In this document: positions 1-13,977 of the stretch, piece by piece
Layout of the letters: the number at the start of each line of letters is the position of its first letter
How positions within the stretch are numbered: the first letter of the stretch is position 1
The notes under the pieces: model-generated
Told to the model about the DNA's origin: nothing
Seen by the model: only the letters and a program-made list of their open reading frames with translations
Database searches by the model: none
Program-made: the position numbers and the translations under genes
NCBI RefSeq assembly: GCF_009914755.1
Contig: NC_060932.1
Length of the DNA: 64,000 nt
Direction: 5' to 3' (one strand)
From: the human T2T-CHM13v2.0 reference genome, Homo sapiens

Positions 1-14
1 GAGCACCATTTCTC

Positions 15-1115
<1,101 letters not shown>

Positions 1116-1296
1116 GTAAGAGGAGTTTTATTCTGTCATTCATTCAATAAATATTGAACATCAAAAAATTTTGTTTTGGCCAGGTATTCTAAGTAGCTGG
1201 AGTTCAATCTTGAGCAAAGCATACATACATGGGTCTTGTTGTCATGGCCTTATAGTATAGCAGGGAAGACAGATATTAATGAAATATTGTAAAAAT

Positions 1297-1595
<299 letters not shown>

Positions 1596-1699
1596 TGAAC
1601 ACACACGAATATGTAACAAGATGCTGTAGGGTGCTGAACGGGATCCTGTTTTCTCAATTTTATTACTAAGGCTCACAATAAGGAAAAACCACAGCAAGC

Positions 1700-2780
1700 A
1701 TTCTGTACTCTAAGTTGGAGGGACAATTAGTGCTCTGGACCAGCCACACCACTCAGGACTTCTTGGGAAGCACTCAGAGAACAGACCCAAATGCCTCCCA
1801 CAACACCTGACCCCCCTCCTCTGGATATGAGAAGAGGGCCTGGAGGGGGAAGAGGAATGCCGCCTTTTGGAGGACAGCAGTGTTTGAGATGTGAAGCTAT
1901 TCTTTTCCTTCTCAAGCTGGAGGGAAAGTGGGGATTTTTTCTTTCCAAAGCCAAGGCAGGGAAGCCCCCAAGAGAACCATTAGTGAAGGAGCTGCCTTGT
2001 ATTCTTATGAACAGTTCAGTTAATAACAAGTTAAGTAACATACAGTAGGGTCTCTAAGCGGGCATCTGCTCATCTAGCAGACTTGCTGGGCTGCTGCTGT
2101 GTTACTGGAACAGGACAAAGGCTTTCTGGGGAGAGATCTGTGGCAGGTGGGAAGGAAGTCAATGTTTCCTTGCCTCAGGCTTCAGGTTATTGCCAACTAC
2201 GGAAGTTGGATATTACAAGGGCCTACTGGCTGAAGAATTGGCCATGAGGGAAGAAGAGATTGGGGCTACAGAGGCCCTGGGCTGCTACATTATGGCATAA
2301 ATTAATGCACATTAAAGCCAGCAGCGATTGGCCCAGTCACTCTAAGAGTCACCATCTGTTTGGGAATGAGCCCTCCCTCCGAGGGGCCTGTGGAGTGTCT
2401 ACCCGCCTACCTGACACTAAAGACCAGAGATCTAGGAGGGCAGTTAATGGCCCTTGGGAGAGAATGCCAAGTTCACTCTTGTTCCTCTTTTTACCCCAAG
2501 ACCAAAGGAGCAGGTACAAGGAAGAGAAAGAGGGAAGGGGAGGTGCATGAGAACAGACCCCAGACTGTGTCCCCTACAGCATCCCCCACCCTCTCACCCT
2601 CAGCCACTGGAGCCACAAAGGAGAGAAAGAGACCTGATCGAATATTGACTTAAATTTTAAAATGAACAGGACCAAACCTTTAAGAAACAGAATGCAATTG
2701 TTTTCATCATGGAAACTGATCACTAAGATTATCATGGTATTCAGTGAAAAGGGATTTTAAATAAGGGAGTAAGTAAGGGG
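1700..2780 (+). mobile_element. Possible ancient Gypsy-class LTR (MamGypLTR/LTR88-like)
   Basis: About 1.1 kb purine-rich segment ending in 'gagagaaagagacctgatcgaatattgacttaaattttaaaatg', reminiscent of MamGypLTR 3' regions; from memory only. Confidence 0.3.
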
Positions 2781-3315
2781 CTCAGGGTTTGGGGGAGGTG
2801 GACAGAAAGCAGAGAGGCATTGCAACCATGTGCTCAGCTCCACCTGGCAAGAAACCTACGGAAGCAAGAAATCAGTGTGAAATGAATGCCCTCCAGGGAG
2901 ACACAAGGAAGGAGTCTGCTGTCAAAGAGAATACAAAGAAAGATTTGGGTGTGTGGCTGTAAAAATTGGCATTTTGAATTAGATTTCTAGTGCACCTTTC
3001 ATTCTAAGGGGAGAAAAATAGGCCCAGGGAGAAGTAACCTCCTTGATCCCACACGGCCAGTTGCTGGAGAAAGGCAGAGACTAGAATGCAGTGCTGGGCT
3101 GACTTGGATGGTCAAGTGCATTCCTTCTCCAACACTTAGCATCATTTAGCATCATTCCACAAGGGAGTGAGAAGGCAGGGGGGTATCTGATGCTGACAAC
3201 AGTCATTTCCCCCCTTGTAACATTCTTCACGGTCAGCCCTGGGAATCAGATTTCTGCTTTTTAGGGAATTCAAGACCAGCTACAGTCACCTAGTATTCTG
3301 TGAACAGGTGCTGGC

Positions 3316-3323
<8 letters not shown>

Positions 3324-3346
<23 letters not shown>

Positions 3347-6324
3347 TTTAACACTTTATATCATTTATTAATGCAGTATACGTTAGATCTAAAATCTGTA
3401 GTTTCTAAGCACACTATGTTTAGATCTTTCAGATCCTTCTGCAGTTTTAGGTTATTTCTACAGAGGTACCTTTAAGTGAATAAATAACACATTCTATAAT
3501 TCCTGAAAATATAGAGTGAAATAATTTAAATATAATTTGGGCACATATTGATTATGAAAATAGATTATTTCTCAATACAATACTTCTCTGTCTTGGTAAA
3601 AATAATAAAGCAAAGAAAATAATTCATTTCTGAAGTTGCTTTCCTTCACTTGTAAAGGTCTGATCTCCTCCCACTATGCATATGTACCCTTTACTGTTAA
3701 GGAAAGCTTTGCATATGTAGATATAGAAGAATAAGCTACATAAATACTAAAGATATGTCATTCTCCCAAAGGAGACACGGGTTTTTCAATGATTCCTTGC
3801 CTCATGTTGATGAGTCTGTAGAATTCAGAACCCATTTGGACACAGCTAATATCCCTGCTCTTGGGGTAGAAATAAGGACACCAGGTCACTGGTAGGGAGG
3901 TACAGGCCCTTCCTCTGCTGCTGCAGAGAGGTAATGACTCGAGAAAACTAGGCTAAAATTTGTTTAAAAAAAAAAAACCTAAAAAATAAGTAAAAGAATC
4001 ACAGGTGCTGACTGATTGGTATTACATCTTGGACCAGCCAAATGCCTTTATTTTTACTTTATATATATTTTTTGGTGGCTGTAATCAAATGTGTTTAAAA
4101 TTCCTCATTCCCAACTGTGGGGTTCTAGCTGCAATTATATTACATTGCCTTTTAACAGGCAACTCTACCATCTTCATTCATATAAGCTTTGATTGCAGTA
4201 GCTCTGGATTTAGTATCTATTTCTAAGCTGGCCCTATATAAACTATTTGGTATTTGAATTAAATGAATATTAATGACGGACCTTGGTTTTTTGGTTTTGA
4301 AGTATCTTCCTATGCTTGTGATGATTGTATGAGAAAACTAGGCTAATATTGTAAATAGATAGAATTGCTTGGTCTGGTGTTGCGTGGAACTTGTCTAGAA
4401 TGAAATTCTGAGAAATTCTCATTTATAAGTGTTGTAGTGATAGGTAAGTTCTTCATCCATCCGGAGTTCCACTGTACCTTTGGAATGACAGTGATGTACA
4501 ATGATGTCTTTCTTTCCACTCTGTCTCAATCAGTAAGAACTGGCTATTACTTTAATTTAGCTACTGTTTTGTCCTAAAAAGTAAACATTATGAAAATGAG
4601 CCTGAAAAGAGTCTTAGGGAGTCTGATCTCACCATATTCATACGGTGTGACAGGTATTTAAAGAGGGGAGGCATCACTAAAGCTATTTATGAACCTGAAC
4701 AATGTTTTTCAAGTTTTCATAAAGTTTTAACAATTTAAATATCTATACTGCATCTAGGTATTCAATAAATATAATTGCATATGTTGTGCTTTCCATAAAT
4801 TAAAATCCTCAAATGCCTCTCAAACCAGGATGGTATTTCCACATCATGCCTATTTAAAAGCAAACATAATAGATACTATTCCTGGCCATAAAACCAGGTA
4901 AACCACCCTACCCCGTTCAAAAGGCAGAAACATCTAGTTTCCCTACATATATTGAATGAGTGCTTTTGTGTTACAAATCAGAATATGGAAAAAAAGGTCA
5001 GTTTTTTCTCTTATGTACCGCTGAGAACAAGCATAATCCTCTAAATGTTTTTTTAAAAAATTTCCTTACAGTGTTGTTTCTTCTAGACAACTGAGTGGGT
5101 AGAGAAAGAAAAGTGATAAGGAAAACATTTTCATTTTCTACATCTTCCTCCAGCCCCTAAAATTCTCATCTGACACTTTGTGACATGTGTAATGGTGTCA
5201 GCATCTCTTCAAATATAGCTCCCTTCACGTTGGACCCTCTGAGGTTGGCTTCTTGAAGATCACACCCAGACAGATCACAGTTCTCTAAATCAGTGCCTGC
5301 CAGAGTTGCTCCTCTGAAGTTACAGTTCTTCAACTTTGGATTTTTTTAAGGTAGCCACTCTCAGGTTAATTCCTGTCATCTGACTTCCTTCCATATCAGC
5401 ACCTTTCAGATTAGCACCTTCTAAATTGGCTTTAAGAGCAGAAGGATCCTCAAAATTACACAGTTTCAGGGATGCTCCTTCTGCATTAGAACAGAGCATC
5501 TTGACTCCCTGGAGATTTGCACAGTCAAGCACTGATCCGGAGAGATCAGCTCGTTCAAGATTTGCACAGCAAAGATTTGCATGTGCAAGACTGCAGCGGC
5601 TTAAACTGGCAATTTTGAAGTTAATGTATCGAAGGTCCAAACAAGAAAGATCAGCACCACTGAAGTTCAAACCCTGGCATCGCAGTTCTGACTTGGTTGG
5701 AGTTGCTAGCAAAAATTGGACAAATTCCTTTCGGGGTATTGGTGAATGATCCTCCGGTGGTTGAGAATTCTTTATTGCCACTTCTAGGTGTTCAATCAAT
5801 GAATAAATTTCAAAAAATCTTGCTGCTTCTAACACACCCAATAAATTAATGCCATTATTTACAATGAGCTGTCCACAAAGCAAGTAATTCAAAATGGGTT
5901 CAAAGTACACAGGACTTCGGTCAATTAAGAAAGCTCCTCTATGATCTTGCTTATTTCCCCAGACACCTTTGTCCTTAAACATGTGGACCAGCATACTGTC
6001 AGGTTCTTTATTCACTGAAGTGCTCCGTGTAGTTGTAAAGTACCGCCCCTCCAACATTTAATGTCAGCCAGTCTGTGTGGAATCCTAACAATCCTTCAGG
6101 AGGCTTAGAATCTGCCTGAGGATCTTCCGTTCTTGGGGCTGCCATTCAGGAACAGGGCCACCCGCCTCATCGCGCTGCCCCTGCTGGGTCCTGAGTGAGC
6201 CGCCACCCTCCCACCTGGTCCTCCTCCCACCTTTTTCTCCTTCCGCCCTTCCCCTCCGTCTACCCTCTCGGATTCGCCTCCCTTTGCCACCTTCCTGCCC
6301 TTGGAGAATACCACACACACACCC
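3324..6324 (-). pseudogene. KCTD9: Processed pseudogene (retrocopy) of KCTD9 (BTB/POZ plus pentapeptide-repeat protein)
   Basis: Intronless; ATG at 6170 gives MRRVALFLNGSPKNG, BTB (GRYFTTTRST...DRSP.YFEPILNYL) and pentapeptide repeats follow, C-terminus MLTPLHMSQSVR* ends at 5166. Long 3' UTR, AATAAA (3364-3369 on minus), poly(A) at 3338-3349, 10-bp TSD gctttcttct at 3314-3323 and 6325-6334 with a TT/AGAA L1 endonuclease site. +1 frameshifts near 6045 and 5345. Symbol is the parent gene; pseudogene number not assigned. Confidence 0.97.
5320..6057 (-). CDS. Residual 245-aa ORF of the KCTD9 retrocopy (most of BTB plus most pentapeptide repeats); translation unproven
   Basis: ORF track; starts at an ATG that is out of frame in the parent, ends after a frameshift in the A-run at 5341-5347. 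Confidence 0.3.
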   Translation of the reverse strand: MLEGRYFTTTRSTSVNKEPDSMLVHMFKDKGVWGNKQDHRGAFLIDRSPVYFEPILNYLLCGQLIVNNGINLLGVLEAARFFEIYSLIEHLEVAIKNSQPPEDHSPIPRKEFVQFLLATPTKSELRCQGLNFSGADLSCLDLRYINFKIASLSRCSLAHANLCCANLERADLSGSVLDCANLQGVKMLCSNAEGASLKLCNFEDPSALKANLEGANLKGADMEGSQMTGINLRVATLKKSKVEEL

Positions 6325-6889
6325 GCTTTCTTCTAATGGTATTACCAAGATTAATGAGCTAAACAGAACATACATTGAAAGCATTGTGATTAACTGACTT
6401 GTAACAACTGCCTAATGGTTCTCTTATATTTTTGGGTTTATTGTAAATAACAAAATGGCACCTCAAGTGGTTGAATCTCAACTACTTCAAGGTTTATTCT
6501 CAGGTCAGGTACTTTATCCTCAAGGTTTTATAAGTATATTCCCCTCATTTATATTTCATTCATTCATTCATTCCCCAGACATTTATTAAACAGTTTCTTT
6601 GTTTAATAAATCTTAGGCTCTAAGATGGGTACAATATTGTCCATTGACTTTGCAGCTCACTGTCTAGTATGGGATAAAAGTCTGTAGACAAATAATAGCC
6701 AGTAGAGTGTGCTAGCTGCTACCTTAGAGGTGTAGTAAAAGTGCAAAGAGTGGTTGGAAAAAAAAATCTTTGAAGAGATATGAGTCTTGAAGTTGGAACA
6801 AAGCAGAAGGGGGTACTCCAGGGAGAGAGATTATGATGGGGAAATGTGGAGGTATGGCTGCATGTCATGATTAGAAACTGCAAGATTTA

Positions 6890-7380
6890 TTCTGTTACAA
6901 AGATACATCCACATGTGTGTTTATTGCAGCACTATTCATAATACCAAAGACATGGAATCAACCTCAATGCCCATAATTGATAGATTGGATAAAGAAAAGG
7001 TGGTACATATACACCATGAGATACTATGCAGCCATAAAAAGGAAAGAGATCATGTCCTTTGCAGGGATATGGATGGAGCTGGAAGCCATTATCCTCAGCA
7101 AACCCACGCAGGAACAGAAGACCAAACACTGCATGTTCTCACTTAAAAGTGGGAGCTGAACAATGAGAACACAGGGACACAGGGAAGGGAACAACACACA
7201 CTGGGGCCTGTTGGAGGGTGGGGTCGGGGGAGGAAGAGCATTAGAAAAAGTAGCTAATGCATGGGGGGCGTAATACCTAGGTGATGGGTTGATGGTACAG
7301 CAAACCACCATGGCACATGTTTATGTAACAATCCTGCACATGTACCCCAGAACTTAAAATAAAAATAAAAATTTAAAAAA
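6890..7380 (+). mobile_element. 5'-truncated older L1PA 3' end
   Basis: ORF2 C-terminus (DWIKKRWYIYTMRYYAAIK...CMFSL) plus 3' UTR and A-rich tail. Confidence 0.9.
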
Positions 7381-7730
7381 GGAAAGAATTTTTTTTATCC
7401 CAACCTCTAGACCACTTGGGAAGATTAGTGTGTATGGATGAAGCACAGGGTTCAAAATTAGGAATGACAGTAGATAAGGGTGGAAAGGGGAGGCTGATGC
7501 TGGATCACCGGGACTGGAAATGCCATGCCGAGGACTTGACACTTGATCCTGTACTTTGTAGGGAGCCACCCACTGAACAGCTTACTAGAAAATGTGCTTC
7601 TTAGAAAATGTCACCCAGATGGCTGTATGAAGAGTGGATTAAGGGTGACAAGAATGGAGGCAGGATTAACAGTTTGGCTTATTAAAAAAAAAAAAATCAT
7701 TGGTATTTAACCTCATCCCCAAAGAACTTA

Positions 7731-8211
<481 letters not shown>

Positions 8212-8263
8212 TTACAAAGAGAGTAGTGCATTGACTTAGTGTTAATGTCCTCAGCAACATCGA

Positions 8264-8582
8264 TGTGATACAGGCTGATGGAAGCTCACGAACCCCATTT
8301 GTCCTTCCTGTGCTCACAGGAGGACTATATTTTCCAGTCTTCTTTTTAGTTAGGCCAGTGGGGCACGGGCTATTGGAATGTCATGGATGTGATGTCATCT
8401 ATTTCAGTCTTCCAACTCTTCCTTCCCCTTTGCATAGATCTTGGAAGGCATCAGTTTTAAGTGGTGTGAACTTCAACACACTTTGGACTTTTTATGAGCG
8501 AGAAATTAATCCTTATCTTGTTCAATCACAGAGATTTTGGAGTTCATTACTGCAGCATATGTTAACCTCCCCTGATTAATAA
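8264..8582 (+). mobile_element. MLT1I/J-like MaLR LTR
   Basis: MLT1 hallmarks 'ggactatattttccagtcttc' and 3' 'gagaaattaatccttat...gagattttggagt...ctgattaata'. Confidence 0.6.
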
Positions 8583-8691
8583 AAGCCCTATTGTAAACCT
8601 ATTTTAAAAATCAGCCAAACTGTTAATCATGCCTCCAGTCTTGCCACCCTTAATTCACTCTTCACACCGCTGTCTGGGTATCTGTCTTTTG

Positions 8692-9460
<769 letters not shown>

Positions 9461-9854
9461 CAAAACCGTTCATTAGAACACAAAGTAGATGGAATAACAA
9501 CACAGATAGCACCCTCATTGACTAAATGATGCAGTGTGGTGTGCTAGAGCTCATTGGCTGAGAGTGGATGGTACCATGAGTTGGGCCAACTCTTACTGCC
9601 TAAGAATTTATCATAGCATGCAGAACATTGGGAAAATACAGGAACGGTATACTAGAGCAAGTTGTTTATATATTTTTTAGAAAAATATTTCAGAATCAGG
9701 AGGTTTATAACAAATACGTGCTGATCAAGAGTTTGTTAAATGGATATTATAAGGACTTCTGTGTAGCTGCTTATTATAGCTTTCAAAGCAAGCAGCTGGC
9801 ACAATGCCACTGCACAATTCAGTGTTTGTCATTCTATGAGGATTAAAAGTGATG

Positions 9855-10510
9855 TGGTCCTGGTATCTAGTTCTCTGATCATCAGGAAATAATGGTCTCT
9901 CCCATGAAATCATGCTTTGATACTGAGCTTGTGATCAATATTCTGGATGACAGAATAGTGAGATTATACTCTTACAAATTCTCAATGGATGGTGTTTTAG
10001 GTTTCCAATTTGGGGAAGATATATACACTTTATTAGATAGTTGCAGTGGGCATAGCCAGATGTCAAATTCAGAAAAGTTGTTTTCATGGATGAAGCGCAT
10101 TGTTTATTCCATTTTGATGTAGTTTTATTCTTATTTATAAAATAAAAAAATGCCGGTGTTTTTCCAATACAAAAACAAATGGGACGATTAATTCCATGTT
10201 TCTATACAATATAGTATAATCATGATATCCTTAGTCTTTCCAATATAAGTGGGAAAAAGAAGACATCTAAATTAAAGTAATATTAGCTTTTGGTGAATCC
10301 TTCAAGGTGAAGTGATTATATTAAATACCTCTCAGTAACCAAATAGTCTTGCAATGTGGGATTTTTAGACATGGAACAAAAACCTCAGATTTTGTTTTGG
10401 AATAGGTGATCTTGAGTAACACCTTCTGATAGCAATATATAGCAGGGCCAAGTATATATTATTGTCACTCCTGATCTGTGACATTAAAGCCATACAATTC
10501 ACCAGAGGGA
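9855..10510 (+). mobile_element. Highly decayed Ty3/Gypsy-like reverse transcriptase fossil
   Basis: Ordered motifs: C-F-D; YTLLDSCSGHSQM (10024-10062, motif A); CLFHFDVVLF...KNAG...Q (10101-10178, motif B); Y-N-H-D-I-L (10215-10232, YxDD position); VGFL(G)H (10356-10372). Confidence 0.6.
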
Positions 10511-11211
10511 ATTCCTTTTTCTTTTTTTCCCATTAAAAAAAATACAAGTGTTTGTGCTGATGTTTTAATATCTGAAATAAAAAATCCTAAAAGCTAAACT
10601 TCTCACTTATTTAAGTAAAAGAATCATTGGGACTCAAAGAGTTACTCTTTTTAGAAAATTGCCATCAACTACGTTGTTCCTGTTAGAACTTAAAGAGGAA
10701 GGATTAGATTCTACCATTAAAAATTGTTGTTTGATAATTCTGAAGGAAGATTCTCTTTCTTTGGTGCTCTATTATAATTATTATTACATTTAAAAACAAA
10801 AAAAGCCCAGAGTATGTAAATTAAAACAGTTGGCAAGTCCCAACTGCTTTCCACCTTACCTTCTCTTTTTCCGTCTTTTAGCTATTCTTTTTGCTGTTCA
10901 CCCCCATATTTCTAAATAATGCATAGACATCACTATTTCTTCTTCCTCCTTTCCCACCAATTTCCAAGACGGAAGGTGAGGATTTCATACTTTTACAGTT
11001 TCCCCCTGCCCCTCCACACACGTAACACCCTATTCTACCAATATTACTAGATACTTGATAAATCAATATTTGTTATGACTATGTAAATAGTATCCATTGC
11101 TGTGCCTTCTAGTGTATTATAATTCCATTTACTTTTATTCAACTTTTTGCTTTCTATAGATCAAGTATACTATTTATTTTACATTTTCAACCTTTCTATT
11201 TACCTATTTAA

Positions 11212-11508
<297 letters not shown>

Positions 11509-11992
11509 TTACCTACTTAATTTAGTCCCAAACTGTATCTGTTAAAATATAAATTTCCCCACAATACATTCAAATGTAGTGGGCAGGCCTGCCTGCCTGC
11601 CTGCCTGCCCTTCCTCCCTCCCTCCCTTCCTCTTACCGTCCCTTTTTTCCTCTCTCCCTTTTCTCTCTTTTTTCATTTCCCCAACTGGTGACATTCATTC
11701 TGTAGCCCCAGATTCCTCTGCCCCAACCTGGATGAGTTCTCTCCAGGAAGATGTCTGAGTACTGGTTTTCCTTCTACTGTCACCATGGAAATTTCCTTTG
11801 CCTCTTTCCTGAATTGGATTCCATGCCTTCTCCTTTCTTGGTTTATTGCTATACTTGGTCAAGCACATCCCCCTGAAACTTTTCGTAAAAGGGTACTCAT
11901 GTAAAAGGGCACATCACAGGTTAATTTTTTGAGATTTTCCACGTTTGAACATATTTTTATTCTACTCTTACACTTGAATGAGTTTCAACTCT

Positions 11993-12360
11993 GCATTAGT
12001 CAGCTTGGGCTGCCTTAACAGAATACCACAGACTGGGTGTTTTAAACAACAGACATTTATTTATTTTCTCACAGTTCTGGAGGCTGGAAGTCCAAGGTCG
12101 AAATTCCAGCTGATTCTGTTTCTGGTGAGGGCTCTCTTCCTGGCTTGCAGATGGCCGCCTTCTTGCTGTGTCCTCACAAAGCCTTTCTTCCATGAGTGGA
12201 CACAGGGACAGAGAGCAAGAGTGAGCTCTCTGGTGTCTCTTTTTAGAAGTACACTAATCTTATCACATCAGTGCTCTATCTAAATGACCTCATTTAACCT
12301 CAATTACTTTCTTAGAGGCTGGATCTCCAAACATAGCCACACTGGGGGCTAGGGATTACA
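11993..12360 (-). mobile_element. MLT1A/B MaLR LTR inside old L1M-like sequence
   Basis: 'tgcattagtcagcttgggctgcc...ttctcacagttctggaggctggaagtccaag'. Confidence 0.8.
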
Positions 12361-13103
12361 ATTATTTTTTTCCTTAAAATTTTGAAGGCAAGTTTCCATT
12401 ACCTTCTAGCATTCAGTGATTTTGAGACGTCTGAGACCATCCTCATTACAAATCCTGTGTATTGAACTGTTTTGTCCTTCTGGAGGCTTTTAAGATCTTC
12501 TCTGTATCCCCAGGCTTCTGAAATTTCATGATGATGTGCTTTAGTGCATGTTTTCCTAAAAAAATTCACGGTGTGGATGAAAAATTGTGGATATTTTAAA
12601 TTGAGAAATTCATGTTATTTAATCTGAATGTTAAAAAATTCTTTTTAGATAATTTATTTTCTATTTCCTTTTTTTACAAAGAATTTCTATTTTTCTGATT
12701 TAGATCTCCTGATGGATCCTTTCTTTTTTTACTAAATTGTATTTTTCATATTTAATTTCTGTGTCTTTTCATTCCCTGTCTATTGAATGTTGGTATCTAT
12801 ATCTATCTATAAATATATATAGCCCTGAGGCTAGATAGTAAAGGTATACTGTTCTTTCTACTATATGAAGGCAACTACCTCTGATTATATTGCTAATAAG
12901 GATGGAAAAAATTGCTAAGTGCACACTAATTTCCAGGAGCTGTGTTAATTTTCTCTAGTGAAGATACCACATTTGCATTGCAGCAGTGGTTGGCGTCACC
13001 ATCTGCTACTGTTTGTGACAGTCTGTAGTCATCTTTGTGCCCTTTCTGGCTTTGGCATTGGGAAAACAGATGCATTTAATGGTGTTGTGTTGAGAATTAT
13101 CAC

Positions 13104-13357
13104 CCTGGGTGTCTAAAGTAGTCAAATTCACAGAAACAAAGTAGAATGGTGGTTTCCAAGGGCTGGGAAAATGGGGAGATAGGGAGTTGTTGTTTATGGG
13201 TGTAGAGTTTGAATTTTGCAAGATGAAAATGTTCTGGAGATCCATCACACAATGTGAATATATATAACACGACTGAACTGTGTGCTTAAAATTGGGTAAG
13301 ATGGTAAATTATGTTATGTGTTTTTTATAATTTTTTTGAAAGCAAAACAACAATCAA
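13104..13357 (+). mobile_element. L1MB-type 3' end inserted into ERVL pol
   Basis: L1M 3' UTR motifs; 11-bp TSD agaattatcac at 13093-13103 and 13358-13368. Confidence 0.85.
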
Positions 13358-13817
13358 AGAATTATCACTGCATTTCTCAAATATTTGATGGTGGCAATTA
13401 TTGCTGCAATTATCATGGGGATGTAGCATTGTTTGTGGTTTACTATCTCAGTAAAGGCTGAAGCAGTTCCAGAAGTTTCTACTCTGCCCTTCCTACCCAA
13501 ATAGCCCTCACTTCGCTGACCAGAGAACCAAAGTAGGGAGTCTACCAATTACTAAATGTATCTATTCCCACTGTACATTCTGAGGTTAGGGAAATGACCG
13601 TAGATAGAATGGGTCTCTGGTCTTCACAGCCAATATCTAATAACGCAGAAGGTCAGGTATTTCACTTTCCCCAATATTCAGATAGTCTCTTAAATGGCAG
13701 TAGGACCCTCTGGGAAAGCCCTGGGGGATGATTTAGGGTGAATATCTGTGGCCGCATTGCAGGATCCTTCCTCAAAGTTCTTGCTCAGTCAAAGGGTTTT
13801 GGGTGTATATACTATGT

Positions 13818-13977
13818 ATTTGTTTTTTAGAGTCAGGGTCTCCCTCTCTTGCCCAGGCTGGAGTGCAGTGATGCAATCGAAGCTCACTGCAGCCTCAAAC
13901 TCCTGGGCTCAACGGATCCTCCTACCCCTTGGCCTCCCAAAGCACAGAGATTACAAGTATGAGCCACTGGGCCGGCC
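13818..13977 (-). mobile_element. Alu monomer (FLAM/FRAM-like)
   Basis: Single-arm Alu match. Confidence 0.8.

Noticed and set aside
5426-5749. 107-aa plus-strand ORF
   Set aside because: Antisense shadow of the KCTD9 pseudogene
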